Of a stretch of DNA of 64,000 nt, positions 63,440 to 64,000 are shown piece after piece. The notes beneath the pieces were generated by a model that saw only the letters and a list, made by a program, of their open reading frames with translations, made no database searches and was not told the origin of the DNA. Both the position numbers and the translations under genes were made by a program. Source of the DNA: Octopus vulgaris (taxonomy: Eukaryota); the NCBI GenBank assembly GCA_951406725.2, contig OX597816.1, positions 16,058,001-16,122,000 on the forward strand, read 5' to 3'. Every line of letters begins with the position of its first letter. Within the stretch, counting starts at the first letter, position 1.

Positions 63440-64000
63440 TACTTTTCTACTCTAGGCACAACGCCGAAAGGATGAAAGGCAAAGTCGACCTCGGTGGAAT
63501 TTGAACTCAGAACGTAATGACAGACGAAACGCAGCTAAGCATTTCCCCCAGCGTCCTAACGTTTCTGCCAGCTCGCCGCCTTACTGTTTTAAATACCTAT
63601 TTCTTTATTACCCACAAGGGGCTAAACAGAGAGGGGAAAAACAAGGACAGACATAGGTATTCAGTCGATTACATCGACCCAGTGCGTAACTGGTACTTAA
63701 TTTATTGACCCCAAAAGGATGAAAGGCAAAGTCGACCTCGGCGGAATTTGAACTCAGAACGTTACGGCAGACGAAATACCGCTAAGCATTTCGTCCGGCG
63801 TGCTAACGTTTCTTGTTTCTTTATTGCCCACAAGGGGCTAGACATAGAGAGGACAAACAAGGACAGACAAACAGATTAAGTCGATTACATTGAGCCCAGT
63901 GCGTAACTGGTACTTATTTAATCGATCCCGAAAGATGAAGGGCAAAGTTGACCTCGGCGGAATTTGAACTCAGAACGTAATGACAGACGAAATACCTACT
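63440..64000 (-). mobile_element. Three stacked SINE C copies
   Basis: GATGAAAGGCAAAGTCGACCTCGG..GAATTTGAACTCAGAAC recurs near 63470, 63718, 63934. Confidence 0.85.

Overview
This is AT-rich eukaryotic DNA made almost entirely of repeats. The SINE and microsatellite make-up suggests an octopod cephalopod (inference from recalled repeat families, not a database match). No host protein-coding exon or true tRNA/rRNA gene is supported. Contents: three tRNA-headed SINE families; RTE, CR1-like and R4-like LINE fragments; Tc1 (DD34E), mariner-like, hAT and Chapaev3-like transposase relics; non-autonomous Helitrons; MITEs; a solo LTR; a ~4-copy tandem segmental duplication (21.2-37.6 kb); and a young Penelope-like element (PLE) with an uninterrupted RT ORF. 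The main signal is a set of type I hammerhead ribozyme (HHR) carrying elements from at least four unrelated families, all inserted in (TA)n microsatellites. The clearest is a 588-bp retrozyme-like monomer, arrayed as a divergent inverted multimer with five HHRs (50409-53368). A second subfamily (28101-28943) shows compensatory base changes in the ribozyme helices. All folds and translations were read by eye, and boundaries of decayed elements are approximate.
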